Both the position numbers and the translations under genes were made by a program. Below the pieces are notes generated by a model, which worked only from the letters and a program-made list of their open reading frames with translations, was not told the origin of the DNA and made no database searches. Positions 1 through 8,662 of a DNA stretch of 64,000 nucleotides are shown piece after piece (positions within the stretch are counted from its first letter, which is position 1; the number at the start of each line of letters is the position of its first letter). Source of the DNA: Candidatus Sulfotelmatobacter sp. (GTDB taxonomy: Bacteria > Acidobacteriota > Terriglobia > Terriglobales > Acidobacteriaceae); contig JASHNX010000014.1 in the NCBI GenBank assembly GCA_030041415.1, forward strand, positions 14,161-78,160. Direction: 5' to 3'.

Positions 1-588
1 GGCGGAGTTCACGATGGCGTCGATGATCGCAGGAGAGATTTTTCCGTCGGTTTTTCCGCCGCGGCCGGTGAAGGATTCAGCCTGAGCGATGGCGCTCTCG
101 ACCAGTTTGGCTTGCTCGACGACGTCGCCATGCTTTTCCTTGTAGGCGGCAGCGATGCTGGTGAGCACGCGCTTGAAGCTGGGACGACCGTAGCCATCGG
201 TGGGAGGGAAATAGGTGCCGCCGTAGAACGGTTTGCCTTCTGGAGTGAGAAATGCGGTCAGGGGCCAACCACCCTGTCCGCTGACCGCGCTGATGGCGGC
301 CTGATAGCGGCTGTCGATATCGGGGCGTTCGTCGCGATCGACCTTTACTGCGACGAAATGCTCGTTCACGATGGCGGCGACTTCGGGATCGTCGTAGGAC
401 TCGCGATCCATGACATGACACCAATGGCACCAGACGGCGCCGATATCGAGCAGCATGGGCTTGTTCTCGCGCTGGGCAGCTGCGAAGGCCTCATCGCCCC
501 ACTCGTGCCAGTGAATCGGCTGATGCATAGCGGAGCGCAGGTATGCGGAAGAGGCACGAGCGAGGGAGTTGAGGGTGGAGGTGGTCAT
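1..588 (-). CDS. thioredoxin-domain protein, DUF255 (YyaL N-terminal) type; N-terminal part only, gene runs off the window start
   Basis: Absent from the ORF track because there is no stop inside the window. Reverse translation from ATG (588..586) gives MTTSTLNSLARASSAYLRSAMHQPIHWHEWGDEAFAAAQRENKPMLLDIGAVWCHWCHVMDRESYDDPEVAAIVNEHFVAVKVDRDERPDIDSRY... and stays open to position 1. WCHWCHVM and VKVDRDERPDID are hallmark DUF255 thioredoxin-fold motifs. Confidence 0.85.
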   Translation of the reverse strand, partial: MTTSTLNSLARASSAYLRSAMHQPIHWHEWGDEAFAAAQRENKPMLLDIGAVWCHWCHVMDRESYDDPEVAAIVNEHFVAVKVDRDERPDIDSRYQAAISAVSGQGGWPLTAFLTPEGKPFYGGTYFPPTDGYGRPSFKRVLTSIAAAYKEKHGDVVEQAKLVESAIAQAESFTGRGGKTDGKISPAIIDAIVNSA

Positions 589-613
589 TGATTAAGTGTA
601 CTGCCACACGGCC

Positions 614-1387
614 TTACGCCGGGTTCTTAGCCTCGTAAATCGCGTACTGATGCGTGCCGCCGATTTGTTTCCATGCTCCACCTTCACTCAGGACCTGCTC
701 GAGCAGAGGATTGTGGTAAATCACATACACCTTGCGCGAATGTGAGCGCAGGCTTTGCTCTAGGTTCACAATGACTCGCCGGAGGCCGGCTTCGGGAAGC
801 GGATTGAAGAGATAGAGAACGATTGGATCGGCAGGGAAGTCGAAGTCAGTCGCATCGGCGCAGATCGATTGCAGCATAAAGCATTTCTGCGACTCACTTT
901 TGTATTTACTCAAATTCTCCAGCGCGATGCGATGCAATTCCGGCAGAAGTTCCACGCCGATGACGCGGCGAAAAGGGTAATCGGAAGCTATCAAGAGCAC
1001 GCGGCCTTTGCCAGAGCCGAGATCGATGAAAACGAAATCGCGGAAGTCGCAGCCGGTTTGCTCACGCAGAGCAGAAAGCATTTCGTGAAAAAGAGCGGCC
1101 TCGGTCGGCTGATAGGGAGAATGAAAAATTCCCCACAGGCGATCGCGCCAGGTGACGGTGCCACTGGTGGTATCGACGCGATGATGCCAGTCGAAATCGG
1201 CGTCACCGTAGCGCAGCCGTCGGCGTTCGGGAGTGGAGTCGCGAATAAATTCCCACAGCTCGGCTACGAAACGACGGGCAGCGACACGATGACCGTGGCT
1301 TGAGGCAACGTCGTGCCACCATTGCCGCGCGGAGCGAAACAGGCTGGGGGAAGACTCCAAGGAGGGATCGTTGCCGTCTTCATCCAT
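614..1387 (-). CDS. class I SAM-dependent methyltransferase, substrate unknown
   Basis: 257-aa ORF with ATG at 1387. Glycine-rich SAM motif I is FIDLGSGKGRVLL, followed by the acidic motif II region VIGVELLPEL. Confidence 0.75.
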   Translation of the reverse strand: MDEDGNDPSLESSPSLFRSARQWWHDVASSHGHRVAARRFVAELWEFIRDSTPERRRLRYGDADFDWHHRVDTTSGTVTWRDRLWGIFHSPYQPTEAALFHEMLSALREQTGCDFRDFVFIDLGSGKGRVLLIASDYPFRRVIGVELLPELHRIALENLSKYKSESQKCFMLQSICADATDFDFPADPIVLYLFNPLPEAGLRRVIVNLEQSLRSHSRKVYVIYHNPLLEQVLSEGGAWKQIGGTHQYAIYEAKNPA

Positions 1388-1428
1388 GCCTCGCCATGAT
1401 AAGCGATGATCGAAAGGGAAAATTCGCG

Positions 1429-2352
1429 CTAATGATAGTCGCGGAGCGCGGGCCTGGAAGTATAACCGGGAGGCAGGCCCATGGTGGCGAAGGGAAAATC
1501 GTCTGGAGCTCGAACTTCGACGCGGCCCTCAGGGGTCAACTTGTAGGGATGACCGTCGGGATCGAGGGGAATGCCGGGCAGGTGCTCGGCGGCGGCAAGC
1601 TCGGCTGTGTTCTCCGGCAAGCGCCCAGTACGCTCGCCGAAGCGGGTGACGGCCTGCTGCAGGTGTTGGACATCTTCATCCACACGCAGGGCACGCAGAT
1701 GTTCGATGGCGTTTTCCTTGATTTGCTTATCTTCCGTGTTTTCGTACGTGGCCGACCACAACATGCGGGCGGTATCGTATTCGCCGGCATGCTGCGCCAT
1801 CTGCGCGGCAAGAATCTTGAGGAAGGGATGAGCGTGCGGCAGTTGGGAACCGTGCTGAAAGATCTCTGCCGCTTTTTTGTAGTCGCGTAAATCCATGTAG
1901 TAAACGAAGCCGAGATCGTAGTAGAGGCGCCAGTTATCGGGATTCTGCTGGATGCCATATTGCATGAGCTCGACGGCGCGTTGGGGCTCTCCGGCTCCCT
2001 GAGGAGGTTGGGGCGACAAAAAGCTGGCGCCGAACTCATAAGCGATGATGAGATGCGGATCAAGACGGGTCGTGATCTCGAGAAGCGGAGCCAGCAGGTT
2101 ATAGCTGGCCGCATGGTAGTGATGGCGATAGCCAAAATATTGCACGGCGCGAGTCCAGTAGATGCAAGCCATCAAGCCGTCATAGCCAAGGCTCGCGCGC
2201 TTGATCACGGCCGGCGAACTGAGAAACAGAACTTCATCGAGGGTCGCTTGCGGACGAAGCTGATCGACGCGATGGAGCAGGAACGAGCTGGCCGCGAGCG
2301 AGAGGAGCAGGGTAGTGGCGGCGATGACGGTAATTTTGCGGCGGTGGTTCAT
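1429..2352 (-). CDS. membrane-anchored TPR-like repeat protein, third gene of the ABC-2 operon
   Basis: 307-aa ORF with an N-terminal TM anchor (ITVIAATTLLLSLAASSFLL) followed by helical repeats (NPDNWRLYYDLGFVYYMDLRDYKKAAEIFQ). Its ATG overlaps the permease stop (ATGA at 2349..2352). Confidence 0.6.
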   Translation of the reverse strand: MNHRRKITVIAATTLLLSLAASSFLLHRVDQLRPQATLDEVLFLSSPAVIKRASLGYDGLMACIYWTRAVQYFGYRHHYHAASYNLLAPLLEITTRLDPHLIIAYEFGASFLSPQPPQGAGEPQRAVELMQYGIQQNPDNWRLYYDLGFVYYMDLRDYKKAAEIFQHGSQLPHAHPFLKILAAQMAQHAGEYDTARMLWSATYENTEDKQIKENAIEHLRALRVDEDVQHLQQAVTRFGERTGRLPENTAELAAAEHLPGIPLDPDGHPYKLTPEGRVEVRAPDDFPFATMGLPPGYTSRPALRDYH

Positions 2353-3125
2353 TTCAAATCGCGATACTCGAAGATGAGCACCGCTCCACTGAGCGCCATG
2401 GCGGCGTAGAACAAGGCGTAAAGAGTGTTCTGCAAAATCAACTGGCCGGCGACCGGCTGTTCATGGGCGATCGAGGTGATCACATTAAAGGCGGAAAAAT
2501 TGGGCACGAGATAGGCGGCGCCGGTGGCGAGCCAGCGCGACACTCCGTGGGCCATAGCCGCGAAGTTGCGGAGATCCGCAGAGAAGCTACCGATCACGAA
2601 GAGCGAAAACGCGAACACGGCCGATAGCAGAGGCGAAGAAAATGAAGAGAAGAGCAGCGACAGAGAGCAAACGATCAGGAATTCGAGAATGATGAAGTAC
2701 AACGCGACGAAAATGAGGGCGTCGGCACGCACAAACCGGTGAGAAACGTAGAACAGCGCGGCAAAAACGCCGATCGCCATGAAAAAGGTATTTACGGTCA
2801 AAGTGCCGGCCAGGCCAAAGAATTTTCCGACGATGAATTCCCAGCGGCGAACGGGACGAGAAAGAACGGTGTAAAGTGTACGTTTTTCGATTTCCTTCGA
2901 AACCAGACCAATGCCGATAAAAATGGCGATGACGACGCCGAATAAGGAAACCGCCGTGAGGCCGAGATTGATAACGACTAGTTTTTCGATCTCGATGGAA
3001 ATCTGGCCGACGAGAATGGCGGCCCCAGAAAGCAGCAAGGCGAAGGCGATCAGGTTGTAGAGGACGCGGTCGCGAACGGCTTCGCGGAATGTGTTAGACG
3101 CGATGTGGGGAATGCTGGATTTCAT
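2349..3125 (-). CDS. ABC-2 type transporter permease
   Basis: The track ORF 2349..3392 overlaps the ATPase gene for 89 codons. The ATG at 3125 (MKSSIPHIASNTFREAV...) lies 1 nt after the ATPase stop (3127..3129). The product is polytopic and hydrophobic, with about 6 TM segments. Confidence 0.75.
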   Translation of the reverse strand: MKSSIPHIASNTFREAVRDRVLYNLIAFALLLSGAAILVGQISIEIEKLVVINLGLTAVSLFGVVIAIFIGIGLVSKEIEKRTLYTVLSRPVRRWEFIVGKFFGLAGTLTVNTFFMAIGVFAALFYVSHRFVRADALIFVALYFIILEFLIVCSLSLLFSSFSSPLLSAVFAFSLFVIGSFSADLRNFAAMAHGVSRWLATGAAYLVPNFSAFNVITSIAHEQPVAGQLILQNTLYALFYAAMALSGAVLIFEYRDLK

Positions 3126-3126
3126 C

Positions 3127-4077
3127 TCACACGCCTCCTGCCATGGAACCAGCGGTGGTTTCGGCGTGGCGCAGTTTTTCGACGAAATAGGTTTCGAGTG
3201 AAGTGCGTACGGGAGTAACCGAGACCAGGCGGAGCCGCTCGCGGCGCAGAGCGTCGATGACTGCATCCTGATGCTTTTCATCGAGAATAGCGCGAACCTT
3301 GTCGGCGGTGACATGGCATTCCGCACCGAGCGCCTTGATCGAAGCTGGAATCTGGGCGCCCTGCCAGATGACTTCCACTTTGCCGCGAACACTCGACGTC
3401 AGATCATCAACGGCGCCGGCGCGCAAAACTTCTCCCTTGTGAATGATGGCAACGCGGTCACAGAGGGCTTCGGCATCGGACAGGATATGCGTGGAGAAGA
3501 ATACGGTTTTGCCTTCTCGCTTGAGTTGCTCCATAAGATCGCGGACTTCGCGGCGTCCCATGGGATCGAGGCCGGACATGGGCTCATCGAAGAAGACGAG
3601 CTTGGGATCGTGGAGAATCGCCTGGGCGATGCCGACGCGTTGCAGCATGCCTTTCGAGAACTTGCGCAAGTGCACGCCCTGCACATCGCGCAAGCCCACC
3701 TGGTGTAAAACCTGCTCGATCCGGTGCCTGCGGTGCTTGCCGGGCACGCCAGAAAGCTGGCCGTAGTATTCGAGCAATTCGTGCGCGGTGAGGTAATCGT
3801 AGAAGTAGGGTTGCTCGGGAAGGAAGCCGATCTGGGCCTTGACCGCTGGGTCGGTCCATTCGCGGCCGAGGATGCGGGCGGAGCCTGAGGTGGGGAAAAT
3901 CAGTCCCATGAGCAGTTTCAGGGTTGTGGTTTTTCCGGCTCCGTTAGGTCCGAGAAAGCCGAAAATCTCCCCATCTTCCACCTGGAGATGAAGCGGGCGG
4001 AGGGCCTGCTTCGGCCTCTTGCGCCAAAAGCCCACCTGATAGGTTTTTTCCAGTCCCAAAATCTCGATGGAAGGCAT
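3127..4077 (-). CDS. ABC transporter ATP-binding protein
   Basis: Walker [11 protein letters not shown], signature-like FSKGMLQRV, Walker [14 protein letters not shown]-loop STHIL. The track start at 4095 is a TTG. The ATG at 4077 ([13 protein letters not shown]) is preferred, but the start is uncertain by 6 codons. Confidence 0.9.
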   Translation of the reverse strand: MPSIEILGLEKTYQVGFWRKRPKQALRPLHLQVEDGEIFGFLGPNGAGKTTTLKLLMGLIFPTSGSARILGREWTDPAVKAQIGFLPEQPYFYDYLTAHELLEYYGQLSGVPGKHRRHRIEQVLHQVGLRDVQGVHLRKFSKGMLQRVGIAQAILHDPKLVFFDEPMSGLDPMGRREVRDLMEQLKREGKTVFFSTHILSDAEALCDRVAIIHKGEVLRAGAVDDLTSSVRGKVEVIWQGAQIPASIKALGAECHVTADKVRAILDEKHQDAVIDALRRERLRLVSVTPVRTSLETYFVEKLRHAETTAGSMAGGV

Positions 4078-4242
4078 AGCAGGTTCAGGAGACAAGGCTT
4101 TCCCAAGTTCTGAAAAAATTATATGCGAAAGAAATTCAGAGTAAAACGAAGGGTGCAGGCGGGGAGATTACGAAAGTAAAAAGGATGGTGGTCAAGATAG
4201 TTGATGTTATTGTGCGGTGCGTCGCAGAGCTCTGCTTAGCGA

Positions 4243-6831
4243 TCACGGCTGAGTGGATGGCGGCTGCCAGTTATAGAGCTTATCCAGCAACCCGAGCTGT
4301 TGGCGGATGAGAGCTTCATTTTCGTTGCGCAACTGCGTCGTAAGCCGATTGTGGGCGCCGGTAGGATCGTCGTTGAGGTCGTAGTAATAATTCTTGGAGT
4401 TGACTGCGTCGACGATAAAAAGCGATTGAGCTTTGCCGCCAAGAATGGCGTAAACCGGCGCGTAGCTGCAAACCAGAAGGTAATAGGGCCGGAGATATGC
4501 GGACTGTTCCTGCAATGATTGGGTGAAAAGCGCGCGGCCGAACAATTCCTTGTTAAGAATGGGCCGATGGCCGAGAAGGTAATAGAGCGTGGGGGTGATG
4601 TCGGTCGAAAGGGCGACCTGGTTGGCATCCCAGACTAACTTGTCGCGCATCTTCGGCGGCAGATGGATGATCAGCGGGATGCGGATTACCTGCGGAAAAA
4701 GGAAATCGGCGTGTCCCCAGCGGCCGAACTCGCCGTAGCAGTCTCCGTGATCGGCGGTGAGAATGATGACGCTGTTGTCGTAAAGGCCGCGCTGCTGCAA
4801 GAACCGGACAAACTCTCCGAAGGCGGAATCCATTCTGCGCAATTCGTAGAGGACGGCTCCGTGACGGCCGCCCTTGATCTTGGAACGTTCGAGAGTGAGA
4901 GTGTGAACGTTTTGCGGCTGAGTGTAGGCAAAAATTGGTTTCTGTGGGTCGGTGCGCGAATCGATCTTGTTCTCAAGTTCTTTCAGAGTGGGAACGAAAT
5001 CGAGATCGCCCCAAGCCTTGTTATCGGTATCCAATGGCGTTACGGACGGAGAAGGTTGCGAGATGGCATACACGATCGGATCGAGGCTCAGGTACCTGTG
5101 ATAGCCATCGGTCTCCAGAAGTTTCTGGAGATTGTTCATCGGATAAAACGGTTGGATGTATTGCTTGTGGAGCTGCATGGCTCCAACCCAAATTGCCGGC
5201 TCGGAAAGCGCTGTTCCGCCGTAACGGGTGAAAGCATTTTTCAGCACGATGCTGTCGTGGGCAAAACGGCCAATCTCGGGGGTGTAATCGACCGAGGGGT
5301 TGTAAGGCGAGATGTAGTCTTGCCGCAGGCTATCGATAACGAAGACGAAGATATTTGGCTTCGGTCCGGGGGTTGGCCGTAGATCGGAGACGATGGGAAG
5401 ATCGACCGGTTGAGCGGGAGCGTCGGCGGCTAAATTCGTGTGTTGCTTAAGGAATTCGTAGAAATGGCCGTAAGCTTCATCGTGAACCGACCAGGCGAGC
5501 ACGTCGTAAGCGGTTTTGAATGAAATGTCTGCTCCAGCGTAAGTGTCCAGGAAATCGCGCGAGGCCGACGAGACCGCGGGATTGTAGAGGGCCGATTTTC
5601 CATAGCGGGCAAACCCGGCCACGGATGCGGCAATGACGAGCAGGAGCGCGATCGATTGTGCTTTTCGCCGGATGCGGAAGCCGGTCCAGGAAACGATTTG
5701 AAGAACACACAGCCACACCGCAAGAGCCGCCATTCTTTGCAGGACAAAATCCCAATCGGTGGGACCGAGCAGTGCAGGAATTGCGTAAGCGGAAGCGAAT
5801 AGAACGGCCGCGGCGAGTGAATAAAAGGGAGTGGACAGTGCGGTCCGCGTATGTCGCGGGAAGCCGGCCATGAGCAGTCGCCAGTTGGCAGAGATCGCGA
5901 AGGCAGCGAGCAGAATGGAGATGGAAACGACCGCAGCGAAGATATCGGCCTGAATTCCCTGAAAAGAGATGGTGGGAAGAACTATGCTGCGCAACAGTCC
6001 TATGAAAAGAAACCAGGCCACAACGCGGGCGAGGATCGAATCGAGCAACTCGGGGGATGATGCACGGCTAACTGCGAAACTGATCAGGAGCAAAATCAAA
6101 CCGACTGCAACGAAGATCGTCACATGAAAGCAGAGGCTCGCACCCAGACCGCGCAGCGCTAAAGCGGCGGGGATGCCGTTTCCGGTGAGCATTCCGCGGA
6201 GGGCAGCGCTCAGCGCGAACAGAAGGGATGCAATGACGGCTGCAAGGGCAACCTGCGCCAGGTTCCGGGGCTGCCGGGCCCTCAGCCATAGAGCTTCGCT
6301 TTCGGCGGCTCGAGACAGATCGAACACGGCCAGCCAAAGAACCGGGAACAAAGAAAACAGACTCCACAAATAGCTGGTGAAATCCGGTTCCAGGTTGGCT
6401 AACGACGAACGGCTCCACAGGTAAACAAAAATCCCCGCATTCAAAACAAGGAAACTGGCGGCCGCAGTGCGTGTTTTTTTTCGCTGCAAATCGGGGATGA
6501 AAGTAAGGGCGACGGGGACCAGTAGAATTCCGTAGATCAAACCATGAAACCGCACGAAGGGCGGCAGCCAACTGAGCAGCGCGTTATGAATGAAGCCGAA
6601 GTAAGCAAAGGGAACACACATCAGGAGGCAGTAGATCGAGGTGACAAGCAGGAATCCGCCGAAGGCAAGGCGGCTGGCGCAGAAGAAAAGAGCACTTGCA
6701 CAAGTGAGGGATGGATTCTCGTGCTCAAAGCCTTGGGAGGTCGCGCCAATCAGAGGCTCGCGAGCAGTTTCGATTTGCGGGAAAGTGATGCCCACGCCAG
6801 TGTGATCCGTCAGGAACGCCCGAAATTCCAA
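4243..6831 (-). CDS. polytopic membrane protein with C-terminal alkaline-phosphatase-superfamily (sulfatase-like, LtaS/EptA/PptA-type phosphotransferase) domain
   Basis: 862-aa ORF whose track start is TTG, so the start is uncertain. About 11-12 TM segments fill the first ~480 aa. The catalytic domain follows, with metal-binding FVFVIDSLRQDY, a Thr-type nucleophile region RYGGTALSEPAIW and ILTADHGDCYGEFGRWGH. No C/S-x-P-x-R formylglycine motif is present, which argues for a phosphotransferase rather than a true sulfatase. Confidence 0.7.
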   Translation of the reverse strand: MEFRAFLTDHTGVGITFPQIETAREPLIGATSQGFEHENPSLTCASALFFCASRLAFGGFLLVTSIYCLLMCVPFAYFGFIHNALLSWLPPFVRFHGLIYGILLVPVALTFIPDLQRKKTRTAAASFLVLNAGIFVYLWSRSSLANLEPDFTSYLWSLFSLFPVLWLAVFDLSRAAESEALWLRARQPRNLAQVALAAVIASLLFALSAALRGMLTGNGIPAALALRGLGASLCFHVTIFVAVGLILLLISFAVSRASSPELLDSILARVVAWFLFIGLLRSIVLPTISFQGIQADIFAAVVSISILLAAFAISANWRLLMAGFPRHTRTALSTPFYSLAAAVLFASAYAIPALLGPTDWDFVLQRMAALAVWLCVLQIVSWTGFRIRRKAQSIALLLVIAASVAGFARYGKSALYNPAVSSASRDFLDTYAGADISFKTAYDVLAWSVHDEAYGHFYEFLKQHTNLAADAPAQPVDLPIVSDLRPTPGPKPNIFVFVIDSLRQDYISPYNPSVDYTPEIGRFAHDSIVLKNAFTRYGGTALSEPAIWVGAMQLHKQYIQPFYPMNNLQKLLETDGYHRYLSLDPIVYAISQPSPSVTPLDTDNKAWGDLDFVPTLKELENKIDSRTDPQKPIFAYTQPQNVHTLTLERSKIKGGRHGAVLYELRRMDSAFGEFVRFLQQRGLYDNSVIILTADHGDCYGEFGRWGHADFLFPQVIRIPLIIHLPPKMRDKLVWDANQVALSTDITPTLYYLLGHRPILNKELFGRALFTQSLQEQSAYLRPYYLLVCSYAPVYAILGGKAQSLFIVDAVNSKNYYYDLNDDPTGAHNRLTTQLRNENEALIRQQLGLLDKLYNWQPPSTQP

Positions 6832-6901
6832 TCTAGCGGGGATACCCCAGAGATCACAAGTGACCCAAGTGCCGGACGTTGCTGCGCGGATCGAAGCAAA
6901 G

Positions 6902-7420
6902 CTAGTTGGACATTGCCGTTAGCGCCTGGCAGGCCGAATAGCCGCCGACCAGCGTAATGGTACCGGCTGGTTGAAGCCGAATCACCATGTCATCGGTCGA
7001 GCAGTACGCGCGGGTACCAGTCATGTTGCTGTTCGGCGTGGCGGTCGCGTAGAACTGATTGTTGACGACGCTGCCGGAGCTGGCTGAGCCAGTGGCAGCA
7101 AAAGAATAACCGCTTTTGCCGATACCCCCGCCGTTGGTAGCCAGGTTGTTATCGATGAGGCAGGCTGTGGCCGAGCTTGGAGTGCAAGGGCTGGCGCCGC
7201 CCAGCGGCAAAAGGTTTGTCGCGAATCCGATGGTAGCTTCGTAGGTCCCGAAATAGCCAACTTCTGCAGCATCGATAGCATGCATCGAGCCGGCCGCAGA
7301 CGAATCGTTGGCGGCCATGCGGGCCCTCACCAAGTTCGGAATGGCGATGGCGGCGATGACCAGGATTATGGCGACAACGATTAACAGCTCGATCAGCGAA
7401 AAGCCGCGATGTTTGCGCAT
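6902..7420 (-). CDS. type IV pilin (prepilin with N-terminal cleavage/methylation domain), paralog 1
   Basis: MRKHRG/FSLIELLIVVAIILVIAAIAIPNL is a class III signal peptide followed by a hydrophobic alpha-1 helix. Two Cys pairs (SPCTPSSATAC and YCSTDD...YSAC) are typical of disulfide-bonded pilin regions. Confidence 0.9.
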   Translation of the reverse strand: MRKHRGFSLIELLIVVAIILVIAAIAIPNLVRARMAANDSSAAGSMHAIDAAEVGYFGTYEATIGFATNLLPLGGASPCTPSSATACLIDNNLATNGGGIGKSGYSFAATGSASSGSVVNNQFYATATPNSNMTGTRAYCSTDDMVIRLQPAGTITLVGGYSACQALTAMSN

Positions 7421-7480
7421 AAGTAGATCCCAGACTTTTCCCTTGGCCGAGTGATGGGCTCGGGAATCTTTACAAACACT

Positions 7481-7496
7481 CGCACTTACGAGACCA
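7481..7496 (-). promoter_or_regulatory. candidate sigma-54 (-24/-12) promoter of pilin paralog 1
   Basis: The minus strand reads TGGTCTCGTAAGTGCG, which fits GG-N10-GC spacing, about 60 nt upstream of the ATG at 7420. A near-identical element lies upstream of paralog 2. Confidence 0.45.
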
Positions 7497-7805
7497 AAAC
7501 GGCAGGGCTGGAGGGTTTCGGTGGTAACCCATTACTCGCATCGAATTGATCTGAAAGGGGAAATGCCCGATTCGGTAGCGATTTGGGCGGGAATTCGTTG
7601 CAGCCGTTACCGCATTTCGGCTATTGCGCGTGTGCGATTGACCGCAATGAGCATTAGCAGGAAGCGAGGCTAGCGAAGAAAGCCGATTCCGAATGACAAA
7701 AATTGCCAATCGGCGACGGATTCTGGCAAGAATCAAGACTGGAAGCCGTGAAGAGATCAGCAGATTGGCGGCGCTGAGTTTCTTGGGGAAGGCGGGTTAT
7801 CCAAC

Positions 7806-7839
7806 AAAAAAGAAGCGGCGGATTCGCATCCGCCGCTTC
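7806..7839 (-). terminator. rho-independent terminator downstream of pilin paralog 2
   Basis: A perfect 11-bp inverted repeat (GAAGCGGCGGA, loop ttcgca, TCCGCCGCTTC; 7812..7839) is followed on the minus strand by TTTTTT (7811..7806). It sits 33 nt after the stop at 7872. Confidence 0.8.
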
Positions 7840-7871
7840 CTGTGTTAGACCAGATACTGACCGCCCAGCAA

Positions 7872-8384
7872 CTAGTTCTGGATCGGGGTCAGAGCCTGGC
7901 ACGCGGTATAGCCGCCGACCAGAGTGATCGTACCCTGGGGCTGCGTGCGGAGCACGCCGTCGTCAACCGCGCAATACGCCTTGGTACCGGTCACGTTCGA
8001 CTGCGGAGTGGCTGTGGTGTAGTAGTTCCAGCCAGTCGTTGCCGCGCCGCCCGGGGTCGAAGCAAAGTTGTAACCGCTCTTGCCGCCGCCGCCAGGACCG
8101 TTGGTGGCCAGGTTGTTGTCGATCAAGCAGCCAGTCGCCGTTCCCGGGACGCAGGGCGAAGCTCCACCCAACTGCGCCAGAGTGGCATAACCGGTAGCCG
8201 GATACGCGCCATAATAACCAACTTCGCCGACGATGATGGTGTGCTCAGAACCGGCTGCCGAAGAATCGTTAGCCGCCATACGCGCACGCATCAAGTTTGG
8301 AATAGCAATAGCTGCAATGATCAGGATGATGGCAACCACGATCAGCAGCTCGATCAGTGAGAAACCCTTCTGTTGCTTCCGCAT
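7872..8384 (-). CDS. type IV pilin, paralog 2
   Basis: MRKQQKG/FSLIELLIVVAIILIIAAIAIPNLMRARMAANDSSAAGS is nearly identical to paralog 1 over the first ~45 residues, and the C-terminal TGTKAYC...TITLVGGYTACQALT is conserved. The track start 8429 would add a 15-aa extension. The ATG at 8384 gives the usual short leader and has GAGGGG upstream. Confidence 0.88.
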   Translation of the reverse strand: MRKQQKGFSLIELLIVVAIILIIAAIAIPNLMRARMAANDSSAAGSEHTIIVGEVGYYGAYPATGYATLAQLGGASPCVPGTATGCLIDNNLATNGPGGGGKSGYNFASTPGGAATTGWNYYTTATPQSNVTGTKAYCAVDDGVLRTQPQGTITLVGGYTACQALTPIQN

Positions 8385-8455
8385 CTCTATTTTCCCCTCG
8401 TCTTTGGCTTTTAGTTTCGTGCTGGTCATGGAATGACTCAGTCGGCCTTGATGTT

Positions 8456-8471
8456 CGCACTTGCCAGACCA
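8456..8471 (-). promoter_or_regulatory. candidate sigma-54 (-24/-12) promoter of pilin paralog 2
   Basis: The minus strand reads TGGTCTGGCAAGTGCG. It has the same TGGTCT-N5-AGTGCG architecture as 7481..7496 and lies 72 nt upstream of the ATG at 8384. Confidence 0.45.
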
Positions 8472-8662
8472 AACCCGCCAGTTACTTTGGTTCCCACCGC
8501 CCTCGTCGGAATCCCGTTATTTTCAATGGCTTCTTAAACTTTCAGTCTATTGTACCGCGCAAAAAGAGGCTCCTGGCTGACAAATTCTGTCATGAAAACT
8601 GACTGTTCGTGGCAGTTGGTTCGAGGCTCCAAACGATCTTAGAACGATGAGTAGAAGGAGGC

